From positions 30,380,001 to 30,444,000 of the forward strand of contig NC_059439.1 of NCBI RefSeq assembly GCF_021028975.2: DNA of 64,000 nucleotides. Direction: 5' to 3'. This document shows positions 1 to 11,009 of this stretch, piece after piece (the first letter of the stretch is position 1; the number at the start of each line of letters is the position of its first letter). The position numbers were made by a program, and so were the translations under genes. The notes under the pieces are model-generated. The model worked only from the letters and a program-made list of their open reading frames with translations, made no database searches and was not told the origin of the DNA. The stretch comes from Sphaerodactylus townsendi (lineage: Eukaryota).

Positions 1-2949
1 CAGTTGCCTCCTCTTCCACAAGTAGGCAACACTGAGGCCTACTTGACCACTTTTGAGCGGGTGGCCGATGCTTCCCAGTGGCCCAGGGAAGACTGGGTGA
101 CCCGGCTCATGCCTGTCCTCAGTGGGCAAGCCCAACAGGCATATTTTAGCTTGGATTCAAAAGACAAAGGGGACTATGGGAAAGTGAAGGTGGCCATTTT
201 GAGGCTGGACAGCTACATTGCCACTGAGACACAGCGCCAAGGTTTCAGGCATTTCTGTTACCAGGATGCTGAGGGGCCACGGGGGACGTGCCAGAAGCTA
301 CAGGAGCTTTGCTATCGCTGGTTGAGGCCTGAGAGTCAGACCAAAGAGCAGATCTTGGATCTTTTGATCTTGGAGCAGTTCCTTGTAATTCTGCCGCAGG
401 AAATGCAGAGGTGGATTCGAGAGCGTGGGCCGGAGACCTGCGACAGAGCAGTCGCCCTCGCCGAGGAGTTTTTGCAGGAACGGCAAGCGACCGAGAGATG
501 GGAACAACAGGTGAGGGACTTCTAAATTCCGATCTTGGTTGGCAAGGCAGCGGGATTTGATTTTTAAGAAGGGAACTCTATATTTATGCATGTCTATTTC
601 AAACATTTATTAGCCACCTTTCTTCCTTGTGGGATTCAAGGCAGCTTACAAAATAGATAAAATGCATCTAGTAGAATACAGAAAATACACTTTAAAAAAC
701 CAAAATGTAAAATCACGATTCAGGACTGCCAATAAATTACTTACATGCAATCCTAAATAAAACCATCTTCCACTGGTTCCTAAAGGTTGCGCACACCCTT
801 TCCCCAAGCTGAAAGTTTCCACTCCAGCTCAGAAAGCTTCTTACTATTTACAAAGAACCCTTTTCCCCATCTCCTGCCATTTGCTCTCATGAATTTTGCA
901 GGTGAAAAGAAATGCTTTGGGAACATAAGGTTTTGATCCAGCCAGTTTTTTTATCCAACCTCAACCAATTTTTCTCTTTGATCCACCCATCTTCCCCATA
1001 GCAACTGGTACCGAGAGTTGATATTATGTGACATGGAGGGGGGTGGGCATAATGGTGGCTGTTTTGCGGCTTAAACTTCAGTTTTGGAAATAGAAGTCTT
1101 GCATGCTTTTTTCCTGATACCGATTTCAGTAAAACAAATCATCCGAATGTAGGGTCTCGTTATTGAACAGTCCAAGGGCACAACACTGGCTCTGCTATCC
1201 CAACTCTCCATGGTTTTGTTTGGTTGTTTTTTTCCCCACCAGATAACTGTGCCTGTTGAGATGGTGATCATAAACTCCCCTATCGTAGATCAGGCTCTTT
1301 CTGACACAGTGCCGAGACATCCTGCCAAGGAGACCAACCAAGCGGACAAGAAGAACGGCAGCTCCGAAGGTACCCGTAAGTGCTGAGGATGAATATTTCT
1401 TGCCATGGAAAAATCAGCATCTTCGTAACGCTGAGCAAAAACGAGGGGCAGAATTAATATAAGGATATCCATAGGAGTGTGAGGGGGGATTTACCTTGAA
1501 GAGGGGGAGGATCAAAGTGCCAAGGTGATATGTAGCACCCCTGCATACTCCACCCCAAATCTTCATGCCCAAGAGGTTAATGGCACTGAAACATCTCTGT
1601 CTTGCAGGCCCTGTTAGCTGACAGAGAGTTCTACCAGGCAGGAGCCAGGGCAGAGAGAGAAAGCCCTGGCATTGGTCAAGGCCAGTCACATGTCCCTTGG
1701 GCCAGGGGCTACCAGAAGGTTTTTATCAGAGGACTGGAGCATCCTCTGGGGGCAATATGGGGCATTCCACTGTGGATCCCAGGGTCTGTAGTTCTTCCCT
1801 GGGCTAGTGACATGTTGAAGACTTAACAAGATTCCAACATGAGCTTTTGTGAGTAAGAGATCACATCTTCAGATGGTATTAAGAAGAAATCATTCCACAT
1901 TTTAATGGGGACAGTTTCAGAAGGAAAGGGAGGAGAAAGTCAACGGCCAAAGGTGACTTCGTGGCAGAGCGGTGATTCGAACCCTAGTCTCCGTTGTCCG
2001 AAATGGCAGTATACCAATTTCAGTGGTGGGATCCAAAATTTTTAGTAACAGGTTTCCATGGTGGTGGGATTCAAACTGTGGTGTAGTGCCAGTGGGGCTG
2101 GGCGTGGCACGACGGGGGCGTGGCTGGGCATTCCTGGGCGGGGCTGTGGCAAGGACGCAGCCGCTGTGCCGGTCCTTGGGCAGGAAACGGATGCATGCAG
2201 GCGCAGGCTGCCACACATGCCGGTGCACCTCCTGCTAGACTGCTTCAAGTTCTATGCGCTACTGCTGAGAGGAGGGGCGTAACTAAGGCAAAAATCACGT
2301 GGCAAAATCACCAATTAGTAACCCCCTCTCGGCACACACAAATAATTAGTAACCTACTCTCGGGAACCTGTGAGAACCTGCTGGATCCCACCTCTGACCG
2401 ATTTGTTCACGTGACTCACTGGATGTTTTCTTTCCAGCCCATAGCAACTTTGTAAACAGAACTGGGGCCAAGGAGGCCCACCAGGGAGAGTCTCAGGTAG
2501 AAGAGCCGGGAAGGAGGCCTCAGGGAGGATTTAGAGAGGATTCCTTCCCGACAGCTGACCCTAAAAGAGCGTCCATGAGCGAGCTGAGCCTGGGGAGACC
2601 GCAGAAGAGCTGCCTCTCGGTGAGGGTGCTGAAGGACAAAGACCTCGACGGGGTCTTTGCTGACCCGGAAGTCAAGCGGCACCTGTGTAAGGAGTGCGGG
2701 AAAAGATTCCGCAAGAAGTGGGACCTCATCAGGCACGAGAGGATCCACACGACGCAGCTGCTGAGAAACCCCTACCTACTCGCCCCTTGAGTCGCAAGGG
2801 AAACAGCTTCCTAGCAGCTGAACCACGAATCCCTCACGAAACACCTCCTCATCCACTCGGGAGAGAAACCCCATCAGTGCACTTACTGCGGGAAGAGGTT
2901 CACGCGGCGCTCGCACGTGGTCAACCACCAGAGGCGCCACTCGTGGTAA
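1..2949 (+). CDS. SCAN-domain C2H2 zinc finger gene (ZSCAN-like), 5'-partial; exons <1..510, 1243..1369, 2438..2949; second finger disrupted in this assembly
   Basis: The first exon encodes a SCAN domain ([50 protein letters not shown]) and ends at CAG|GTGAGG 510/511. Linker exon 1243..1369 runs phase 0 to 1. The last exon has a phase-1 acceptor at 2437/2438. Fingers [23 protein letters not shown] and [23 protein letters not shown] share one frame with an SGEKP linker; stop TAA 2947-2949. In-frame stops at 2788 and 2812 fall inside finger 2. Confidence 0.8.
2021..2396. mobile_element. hAT-type MITE
   Basis: TIRs CAGTGGTGGGATCCA / TGGATCCCACCTCTG; 8-bp TSD ACCAATTT/ACCGATTT. Confidence 0.8.
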
Positions 2950-3145
2950 GAACCAGTGTCCTCCTTTTCTCCCCTTTAGGGTTGCATTTGGGAACAGATG
3001 GTGTTTGGTGGGGCCTTCTGTAAGATGCCCATTTAAGAACAATGTTGGGATCTCCATGAGCAAAACTCCTCATTCCTCTTTTGTAAAACCACGTGCATAG
3101 CAGCCTGATCACAGTTTGGACCACCAGTGGGGAGGCCTGTTGAAG

Positions 3146-3442
3146 TCAGTGTGGCATAGTGGTTAAGAGCAGGTGGATTCTAATCTGGAGAACCGGGTTC
3201 CATTCCACCATTCCTCCACCTGAGTGGCAGAGGCTTATCTGGTGAACCAGATGTGTTTCCGCACTCCTACATTCCTGCTGGGTGACCTTGGGCCAGTCAC
3301 AGTTCTCACTGAACTCTCTCAGCCCCACCTGCATCACAAGGTGTCTGTTGTGGGGAGAGGAAGGGAAAGGAGCTTGTAAGCCACCTTGAGTCTCTTTACA
3401 GGAGAGAAAGGTGGGGTATAAATCCAAACTCTTATTCTTCTT
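3146..3442 (+). mobile_element. Squam3-like tRNA-derived SINE
   Basis: Box A TGGCATAGTGG, box B-like GGTTCCATTCC, core GCTGGGTGACCTTGGGC, tail AAATCCAAACTCTT. Confidence 0.85.
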
Positions 3443-3553
3443 AATATCTGGCTCTCTTCTGCCAAAGCGGGCTCGTAGGGGCTTCTCAGTATGCACGGAT
3501 TTAAATGAAATGTCCCCTCGGGTCAGAAATTCACCTCCTGTGAACAGCTAGTG

Positions 3554-4035
3554 CAGTGATGGTGAACCTTTTCGAGACCGAGTGCCCAAAGTGCCAACAC
3601 AGCAATTTAATTTGAATACTGAGGTTTTAGTTTAGAAAAATTTTCGAGGCGTGCGTTACTCAGGAGTAAGCTTGGTGGTAGTCAGTGGCTTTGCTTTGAA
3701 GCAACGGTGGAACTCTTCCAACGGGTGAATCACAACCCTAGGAGGGCTTACTCAGAAGCAAACCCCATTGCCAGCAACTGAGCTTACTCCCAGGTAAAGG
3801 ATCGCGCTTTGGTTCTTCGCATGAAAATCAGTTTAACAGGGTTATCTACACTTCTTCCCCCAAACTAGGTCTTAGGTTTAATGCTAATAATCGAGCCCAG
3901 CAGCCCAGGCCAGCCTAGATATGTGTGTGTGTGCGGGGGGGGGGGCGGCGGGGGGGGGGACTCTGTTTGCGAGTGCCCATAGAGAGGGCTCTGAGTGCCA
4001 CCTCTGGCACCCGTGCCATAGGTTCGCCATCACTG
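3554..4035 (+). mobile_element. hAT-type non-autonomous element (family also at 19954..20255, 34251..34745, 63208..63603)
   Basis: TIR CAGTGATGG(C/T)GAACCT; perfect 8-bp TSD AGCTAGTG. Confidence 0.9.
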
Positions 4036-5939
4036 AGCTAGTGTGTCAAAGCCTGCAACCCAATGTTGGGTTCTCCTGCAGCAGCTGTAGACCAGTGGTT
4101 TAGGTTTCCATGTTGTTTGCCTCACTCTCACCTCCAATGTACTGAAGATATAACCTACAGCACATCTTACCTTCCCCAGCTCCTGCGCGTTGCAAAGAAA
4201 GATCAGGAGTGGCTGGCAAGTTTTTTTGCTTTTTGAAGCTTGTTTACCGTTGTCCTCTAGAGGAAGAACCCAATAATGTTTTCCCCCAAACCTCTTCTTT
4301 AAATGCTTGCCTTTTCTCTGGAGTGATAGTTTTCTATTTGTGTCCCATGTTGAGTCGTTCTTAGCCTTGGGCCCCGTCGCCCTTGATTTCTTGTTCAATT
4401 TGGGCCTTCAACGATAACCTGAATTGACTGAGAGCAACTCTCTGCTTCCTTTGTTCTAACGATGCGCCCTCTGCTTCGGTTGCAGCCAAGGAAGGTCTTG
4501 ATGGAGCATCCGGCGAGACTTCGTATGTACGACGGAGGGAAGAACGTGGAAGCATTTTTACCCTGCAGTTCAGAGGACAAGAGCAATGATGTGTTGGGCT
4601 ACGACGCTGGGAACGTCCGCTAACCTGTTAGAGAGAGTGACCTTGGGAGAGTTCCCTACTCACGTGCACTTCAAGTCTGGTGACGAGCCAAGGAGAAGCC
4701 ATTCCTTTCAAGGCCTTCTGTTTTAATCAGGGTGGGGAAAGGAACCCTCCTTGTGGCAAGAGACTGAAGGGAAAGAAACAGGATCCAAGCAGCATTTGCC
4801 AGTTTGGGTGGGCGGACATCTTTTTATGTACTTTCAGAGTGATGAGCACAGCCGGAAAGATCGAGCTGTGCTAATGCCTTTTGAACAGGTATTTTATATT
4901 ATTACCCTTGCTGAGGAAGGGCATCCTTTTGATGCGTACATCTGTGTTGCCTAAATGGGGCAAGGGATGCCCTAGATTCCCCACAAATAACAGTGGGTGT
5001 TGGCTGGAAGCGTCTTAGCACTTCGACCTTCTGTGCACAGGTAGACATAATGCTTCTGCTACCTGGCCGGATCAGCAACTGAAGTGAGCCATTCTCAAGC
5101 GGGGAGCTTTTGGGGAGCGAAATATGCTACAAGAGCAAAAAAAAACCCCACCCTCGTTGCCTCTGGGGACAGTTTGAAGACGCTGCACCAAGACCAGGCC
5201 CACGGCTTGAAATAAACTCTAGGGCAGTCAGTCTTGACCTTCAGGTTTGCCATTGGGCGGCCTCTCTGTGCAGTCCCGTGTGCATGGGTGGATGCGTGGC
5301 GCGTTTGGTTTTATGGAAGATGAACATTATCACCTGCTGGTCTGGGCTGAGGAAACAGCCGTCGAAGGCGCAGCTGCTGTGATTGGTTGAAAAGTGGGTG
5401 AACTTGGTGGGAGGAATGGGCGGGGACACCAGAAGCGTGTTAGCCTCACGCTGTTGGGATGCTGCTCTATGCATGTGTGCCAAGAAGGGTTCCTTCAGGG
5501 CCTCCTAGCAAGCCGATTGTCCCTGCCATTGGCCTTGCTGGCTGGGAGCATGTCCTTGCTGTTTCTAAGTTAGTGGCTGTTAATGTGCTTCTATGTTCAA
5601 AACGGTTACTTAAAAACAAAACAAAACCTGATTCTGTGGCTGCTTAACTTATTTCCCACTCTTTGAGACAAACATCACAAGATTTGAATAGAAAGTGTTG
5701 ATCATAATCATATACTCAGATATCTGCTGTAATAAAAATCTGTGGGGGAATCATCAACACTCCCCCAAGCAGCCGTAGTTGATGATCTTTGGAAGCAACG
5801 CTGTGTCTGTCATGTTCTGGAACTTTCCTTGGAGTAGAGTTCAGAATATTTTTTAGCATGTCCAAATAGCAAACAGGAGAGGATGCGTTGACATGGTCAT
5901 GCGGCCATACTGTTGGGATTCCTAAAACAATACACATGA

Positions 5940-6243
5940 AGAAGAAGAAGGAGAGTTTGGATTTATATCCCCCCTTTCTCTCCTGTAGGAGACTCAAAGG
6001 GGCTGACAATCTCCTTTCCCCCCGCCCCCCACAACAAAGACCCTGTGAAGTAGGTGGGGCTGAGAGAGCTCTGAAAAGCTGTGACTCAGCCAAGGTCACC
6101 CAGCTGGCATGTATTAGGAGTGTACAGGCCAATCTAGTTCCCCAGAAAAAGCCTCCACAGCTCAAATGGCAGAGTGGGGAATCAAACTTGGTTCTCCAGA
6201 TTAGAGTGCACCTGCTTTTAACCATTATGCCACTGCTGCTCCA
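5940..6243 (-). mobile_element. Squam3-like SINE
   Basis: Reverse complement of the same family, (TTC)n tail. Confidence 0.85.
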
Positions 6244-7049
6244 GTGAGCTTTGGACACTCACCTAAAGTTCCCTATGCAAAGCATTGTCAAGTTACAAGT
6301 TATTCCATTCTGTGGTCATTATTATTATTATTTATTGGGTTTATAGACCGCCCTCCCCCGGAGGGCTCAGGGCGGTGTACAGTACAGGTAGAGCACAATC
6401 AAATTAGAATACAATAAATATGAATTAAGATGGCTCTAATAAAAATAAACCCTACCCCATTAAAATGCAGCTTATAAATTAATATTAATATTAATGGTAG
6501 ACCAAGATGGCGCCTGCTAACAAGTCCCTCTAAAAACATATATCAGGAAAGAAGGATGGTAGGAGCTACATGATGTTACAACAGAAAGAAAGGGAGGAAT
6601 GCACATTACGTATAATTTATTTTAAATACATGTATGCCACTTTTCCTTGCAAATATAAATATTGATACTGATCTTTCTCTTTACCAACGCATGTGAGAGT
6701 TCACAGGCTACTTAATTCTGGCTGTGCTGTTTTGAACCTCCGTGGCACGACTTGGACACCTATCACAAGACACAAGGACTTCTAGCGTCCCGTCTAAAGA
6801 CAGGTTCTTGCTAGTTCAGTTCTTCTGGATTATCCTTTCTTCTCAGTAAATTTAAGCACCTGGTTCCCCGCCCTTTTCTTCCTTTCACAGAGATCTTGCC
6901 TCAGTCTCGGTCTCTTTATTTAATTGGTCCACTTTAAAATGAAACCAGTCTTCTCTCTTGGAACTTGATTGCGGAGTGAAAAGTTTAACAGGTCCAGCCA
7001 GAAAGAGAAGTAAGAAGACTCCCAGCCATCCAGGAAGAGGAGCAGGGGT

Positions 7050-10000
7050 TTAAGGAAGGGCTGTCCCAGCTGCTAGGAATCCAAGGTCATCTTCCACCAA
7101 AGGAGAAGAGTCACCGTTAGATGCGTTTCTGCTGACTCCTTCACGGTTCAGCTCACTGGCCCAGTGTTCCTGCAGACATGAAGGAAAAGGCCGGCAGTTA
7201 CTCGGGAGGCAATTAAGACATCAAAGTGAAACTGATGGAAATGGAACCGATGCATGGGAGGGGGTTGGATTTGATGGCCCCTCTGGTCTCTTCCAACTCT
7301 ATGATTCTATGAGACTAGGACAGGGAATGATGAAGTCCAAATTTCAGAAACAGGTTACCTTCTTACCTGTACAGGTTTTCTTACTCTTCTTGAACTGGAG
7401 CCAAGAAAGCATGTCCAGAAAATTACAAAGAGAAAAGGTTCACGTGAACTGAAATAATGGGAGGGTCGTACTTTCCAGACATAGAACTAGGCTTAGAATT
7501 CTGCTGGCAGAAATTTACCTGGGAGGAGGTGGGGTCAGCCTCTAGGTCTCCATAGCATCCCTTGTAATGGCGAATCAGATCTCCCCAGAGCACAGTATTC
7601 TTGCAGCTAGGCAGGGGTGGGGGGAGAGGAATAAGAAGAGTTTGAATTTATATCCCACTTTTCTCTCCTGTAAGAAGAATCAAGGTGGCTTACAAGCTCC
7701 TTTCCCTTCCCCACCCCCCAACAAACATCCTGTGAGGTGGGTGGGGCTGAGAGAGCTCCGAAGAACTGACGAACCCAAGGTCACCCAGCTGGCGTGTGCT
7801 GCACAGGCTAATCTGGTTCCCCAGATAAGCCTCCACAGCTCAAGTGGCAGAGCGGGGTATCAAACCCAGTTCTCCAGATTAGAGTGCATCTGCTCCTAAC
7901 CACTACGCCACTGCTGCTCTTAAACGGGGGTGTTCACTGAGAGGAAAAACTGGTTCAATAGTCACAACGAGCCACATCTTTAATTCTGGCCATGTACAGG
8001 AGGAGTTGCTTACCCTGGGCATTGACCTTCTATTGGTATGAATTGATCTGGTTCTTGCTGTAGGAAAGCTTGGGCCAAGCATGTAATATGGGCTGCCATG
8101 GAGCAGCCGGTATGGAAACAGCGCAAGGGGGTGCCATCTTCCTCCCCATCCTGCGGAGCAAGAACAAGAGATTCCTATTACAGCGAGTTAATTGGTTTGG
8201 TTTTGTGCAAGAAAAGCCAAAGAGATTGATGCTGCTCTTAAAGACGTAATGGATATACCAGAGCATCAAGTTTTTAGGGGCTTCAGTCCATCTGGCCAGA
8301 AGCATGAAGGACATATGATCCTCACTCTCTTACTTACAACCAAACTCTCATACATACCGTGTTTCCCCGAAAATAAGACAGTGTCTTATATTAATTTTTG
8401 CTCCCAAAGATGCGCTATGTCTTATTTTTAGGGGATGTCTTATTTTTCTGTGTTCTGTTCGTCGGGCATGCTTCCAAACAAAAACTTTGCTACATCTTAC
8501 TTTCGGGGGATGCCTTATATTTTGCACTTTAGCAAATCCTCTGCTACGTCTTATTTTCAGGGGATGTCTTATATTCGGGGAAACAGGGTACATCATCATC
8601 ATCATCAATTTAATTTGTACCCCGCCCTATCCCCGAAGGGCTCAGGGCGGCTAACAACATAAGTAAACAAAACATATTATTATGATGAGTAAATACATAA
8701 GACTAAAATAAAGCCAAATTTCAGATGGTGATTTAACACTGCAAACCTAACAATCTACTGATAGTAATAACAGCAGCACCCCACTTTTCTAAACCATAAG
8801 GAGTCACAAAGCAGCTTACAGACACTTTCCCTTCATTTCTCCACAGCAGGCTCCTTTTGAGAGGGGTAGGGCTGACGGAGTTCTGAGAGAACAGTGACTA
8901 GTTCAAGGTCACCTAGAAGCTTCGTGCGGAGGAGCAGGGAATGAGACCAGGTTCTCCAGATTAGAACCCACCGCTCTTAGCTGCTATACCACAGCGACCT
9001 AGACCTTTTGTTTGATTAGATCAGGGGTCTTCAAACTATGGCCTTCCAGATGTTCATGGACTATAATTCCCATCAGCCCCTGCCAGCATGGCCAAGTAGT
9101 AGGGCTCATGGAAATTGTAGTCTATGAACATCTGGAGGGCCATAGTTTGAAGACCCCTGGATTAGATAAAGCAAACCTCCCAAATGAAGGAAAAGGCCGG
9201 GCTTCTTAGCCCCTCTCCCTTCTCCACTGTTCTCCTGTGAGGATCCCAACCCTGCAGAATCGACGTTACCTGGAACCTTTTCAGACAGACGCTGCAGCGT
9301 TTCGGAGCTACCGGTAGTTCTTCATCAGACTCTGGTCTTGCTCCCTTGGTTCCTCTGACAGCACGGACTTGCCCAAAAGCCACTGGCATGTGTAAGGGAG
9401 GTTCCAAGCCTGGAGGGAAGTCTCTCCGGTATTCCTGCTTGAGCCAGCGCACGGTGAGAGGCAGGCGGCACCAGGGGGTGGCCCGGAGCATGTGGGCTAC
9501 GACACGCAGATGGAATTCAAACTGGCGCTCTCGTGAAGTGCGGCGGGTCACGTGGGTGAGACGTCGGGAGGAGTGCGGGTGCTGCCAAGCCCACTCAAAC
9601 TGCGGCAGAGTGACAAGACGGGAAATCAGCTTGCCGCTGAGATTTGTGTAAAGTTAGCAAAGTGGGGAACATCCCCTCGCTAAGGTGAGTCAATCCCCGA
9701 GAGTAGAAACAAAGAAGTGCCTTACCCGCAGGGCAGCCACGTCTGAGGGGAAGCCGTGGATAATCAGTACCATCTCCCTACGAGAAGAGAATAAAGAAGA
9801 GATCAATTTCCCAGCCTGCACAGCTCAGGAGGTCCAATTCCTAGCATGCACCAGAATGGCTTGCCTCCAAAGCAAGACACGTAAGAAGGAAAGCGCAGAC
9901 AGGAAAAGGAGTTACCAGGGCCCACGGCCGCTCGTCTTCCAAGCCCCTCCGCGACGCTTCCCGGCGTTGTGCTGACCTATCCGTCGTTCAGGATTGACAG

Positions 10001-10088
10001 TAAAGCCAACGTAAACTCGGCCATGATAACGAGGGTTGGTGCAGTACAGGAGGTAGACTCCATAGAAGCTGCTCACCTCTACCACCAT
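7050..10088 (-). CDS. SLX1A: Structure-specific endonuclease subunit SLX1; exons 10088..9916, 9777..9726, 9599..9270, 8150..8014, 7606..7519, 7169..7050 (299 aa)
   Basis: GIY-YIG motifs FYGVYLLY...[45 protein letters not shown], and a C-terminal RING-like region (RCSVC...[16 protein letters not shown]...[17 protein letters not shown]). All introns GT-AG with consistent phases; total 900 nt. AATAAA on minus at 6915-6920. Confidence 0.95.
7236..7311 (+). mobile_element. CR1 3' tail fragment
   Basis: GGTTGGATTTGATGGCC...TTCCAACTCTATGATTCTATGA matches the tail of the second CR1 family. Confidence 0.7.
7633..7920 (-). mobile_element. Squam3-like SINE in SLX1 intron
   Basis: Full-length reverse-complement copy. 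Confidence 0.85.
8357..8588. mobile_element. Tc1/mariner-pogo-type MITE (also 43339..43571, 62754..62997)
   Basis: TIR CCGTGTTTCCCCGAA.ATAAGAC, TA dinucleotide on both flanks, internal GTCTTATTTT repeats. Confidence 0.82.
9022..9159. mobile_element. Palindromic hAT MITE (~140 bp; related copies at 14714, 17429, 20282, 22952, 25084, 26133, 26292, 26485, 27429, 34997, 62434)
   Basis: Near-perfect palindrome CAGGGGTC...GACCCCTG; TSD GATTAGAT on both sides. Confidence 0.9.
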
Positions 10089-10799
10089 GGCTTCCAAAGC
10101 AGGCTAGGGTTGAGAGATCTAAAAGGAAACAGAGAACGTGAGTTAAAGAGCCCACCATCTTGCAGTGTCTCGGTTACACTTGTTCTAACTTCATTCCAGC
10201 ACCTCCTGGTTTCCCACACTGCTTTGTCCCCTGTTGGGAGGGTTGCCTCCTGGAATTACAGCTTAAGTACTGACATTAGTTGCCCTGCAGAAAACAACGG
10301 CTTTGGAGGGCAGACACTATTGCATCATATCCTTCACATCCAAACCACACCCTTCACCCCCTGCCCTTCGATCACCCCAAATTCTCCAGCTCAGAGTTGG
10401 CAACCCAACCAATGGGATTGTCCCACTTTATCCCGACGCAGCTCCTGGAAGTTTAACAGCTGCATTATAACAAGTATGAATGCAGAATCTCCAGGGTGCG
10501 GGACGGGGAGAGCTCCACATGTTGAACTTCTGCCTGTTCCCCAGCACATGAGAAAGCTAATGGAAGCCTGGAGCATCCCTTCCTTTGCAATGCTACTTCC
10601 TACCAGAGCCCGGCTTTGCAACTCTGACATTTCCCATCACGCCCTGCGGCTTGCAAACAGCCCCCTCCCCATTTTGCATAAACAGGGGCCATCCTTTCAT
10701 CCATCCCTCCATCCACAGGGCGCGCCCACCTGTCCTGAAGGGCTGTCAATCATATCGTTTGTTGGACTTCATCATAAAGTTCAACTCCCAGAGAGCCGC

Positions 10800-10965
10800 A
10801 CCCATGCCCACCGGAAGTCGAAGCTGCGGGTCGCTCTGCGCTTTCAAAGAAACAGGCGTGACAGAAACTTGGAAGGGACGTTAGAAACCACGAGGGCTTG
10901 ATTGGCTGAACAAGGAGGCAACTTCCCTGGGGGCGGAAGTGACGTAAACTGTAGGCGGAAATGGA
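10800..10965. promoter_or_regulatory. Bidirectional SLX1/BOLA2 promoter
   Basis: CpG-rich interval between head-to-head genes, with CCGGAAGT (ETS) 10811-10818, ATTGG (inverted CCAAT) 10901-10905 and composite GGCGGAAGTGACGT (ETS-CRE) 10932-10945. Confidence 0.75.
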
Positions 10966-11009
10966 GCTACTGGCTGTTCTCTTTCATTCGGAGAGCCTTT
11001 GCAAATAGG

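Noticed and set aside
1602-1826. Possible extra exon of the ZSCAN gene
   Set aside because: The best acceptor (1607/1608) gives an immediate stop in the required phase, and exons 1243..1369 and 2438 already join in frame.
3146-3215. tRNA gene
   Set aside because: A/B boxes belong to SINE heads repeated about 20 times; no cloverleaf.
9969-10901. 310-aa plus-strand ORF
   Set aside because: Antisense to the first SLX1 coding exon and its upstream region, non-ATG start, crosses an old repeat, no recognisable domain.
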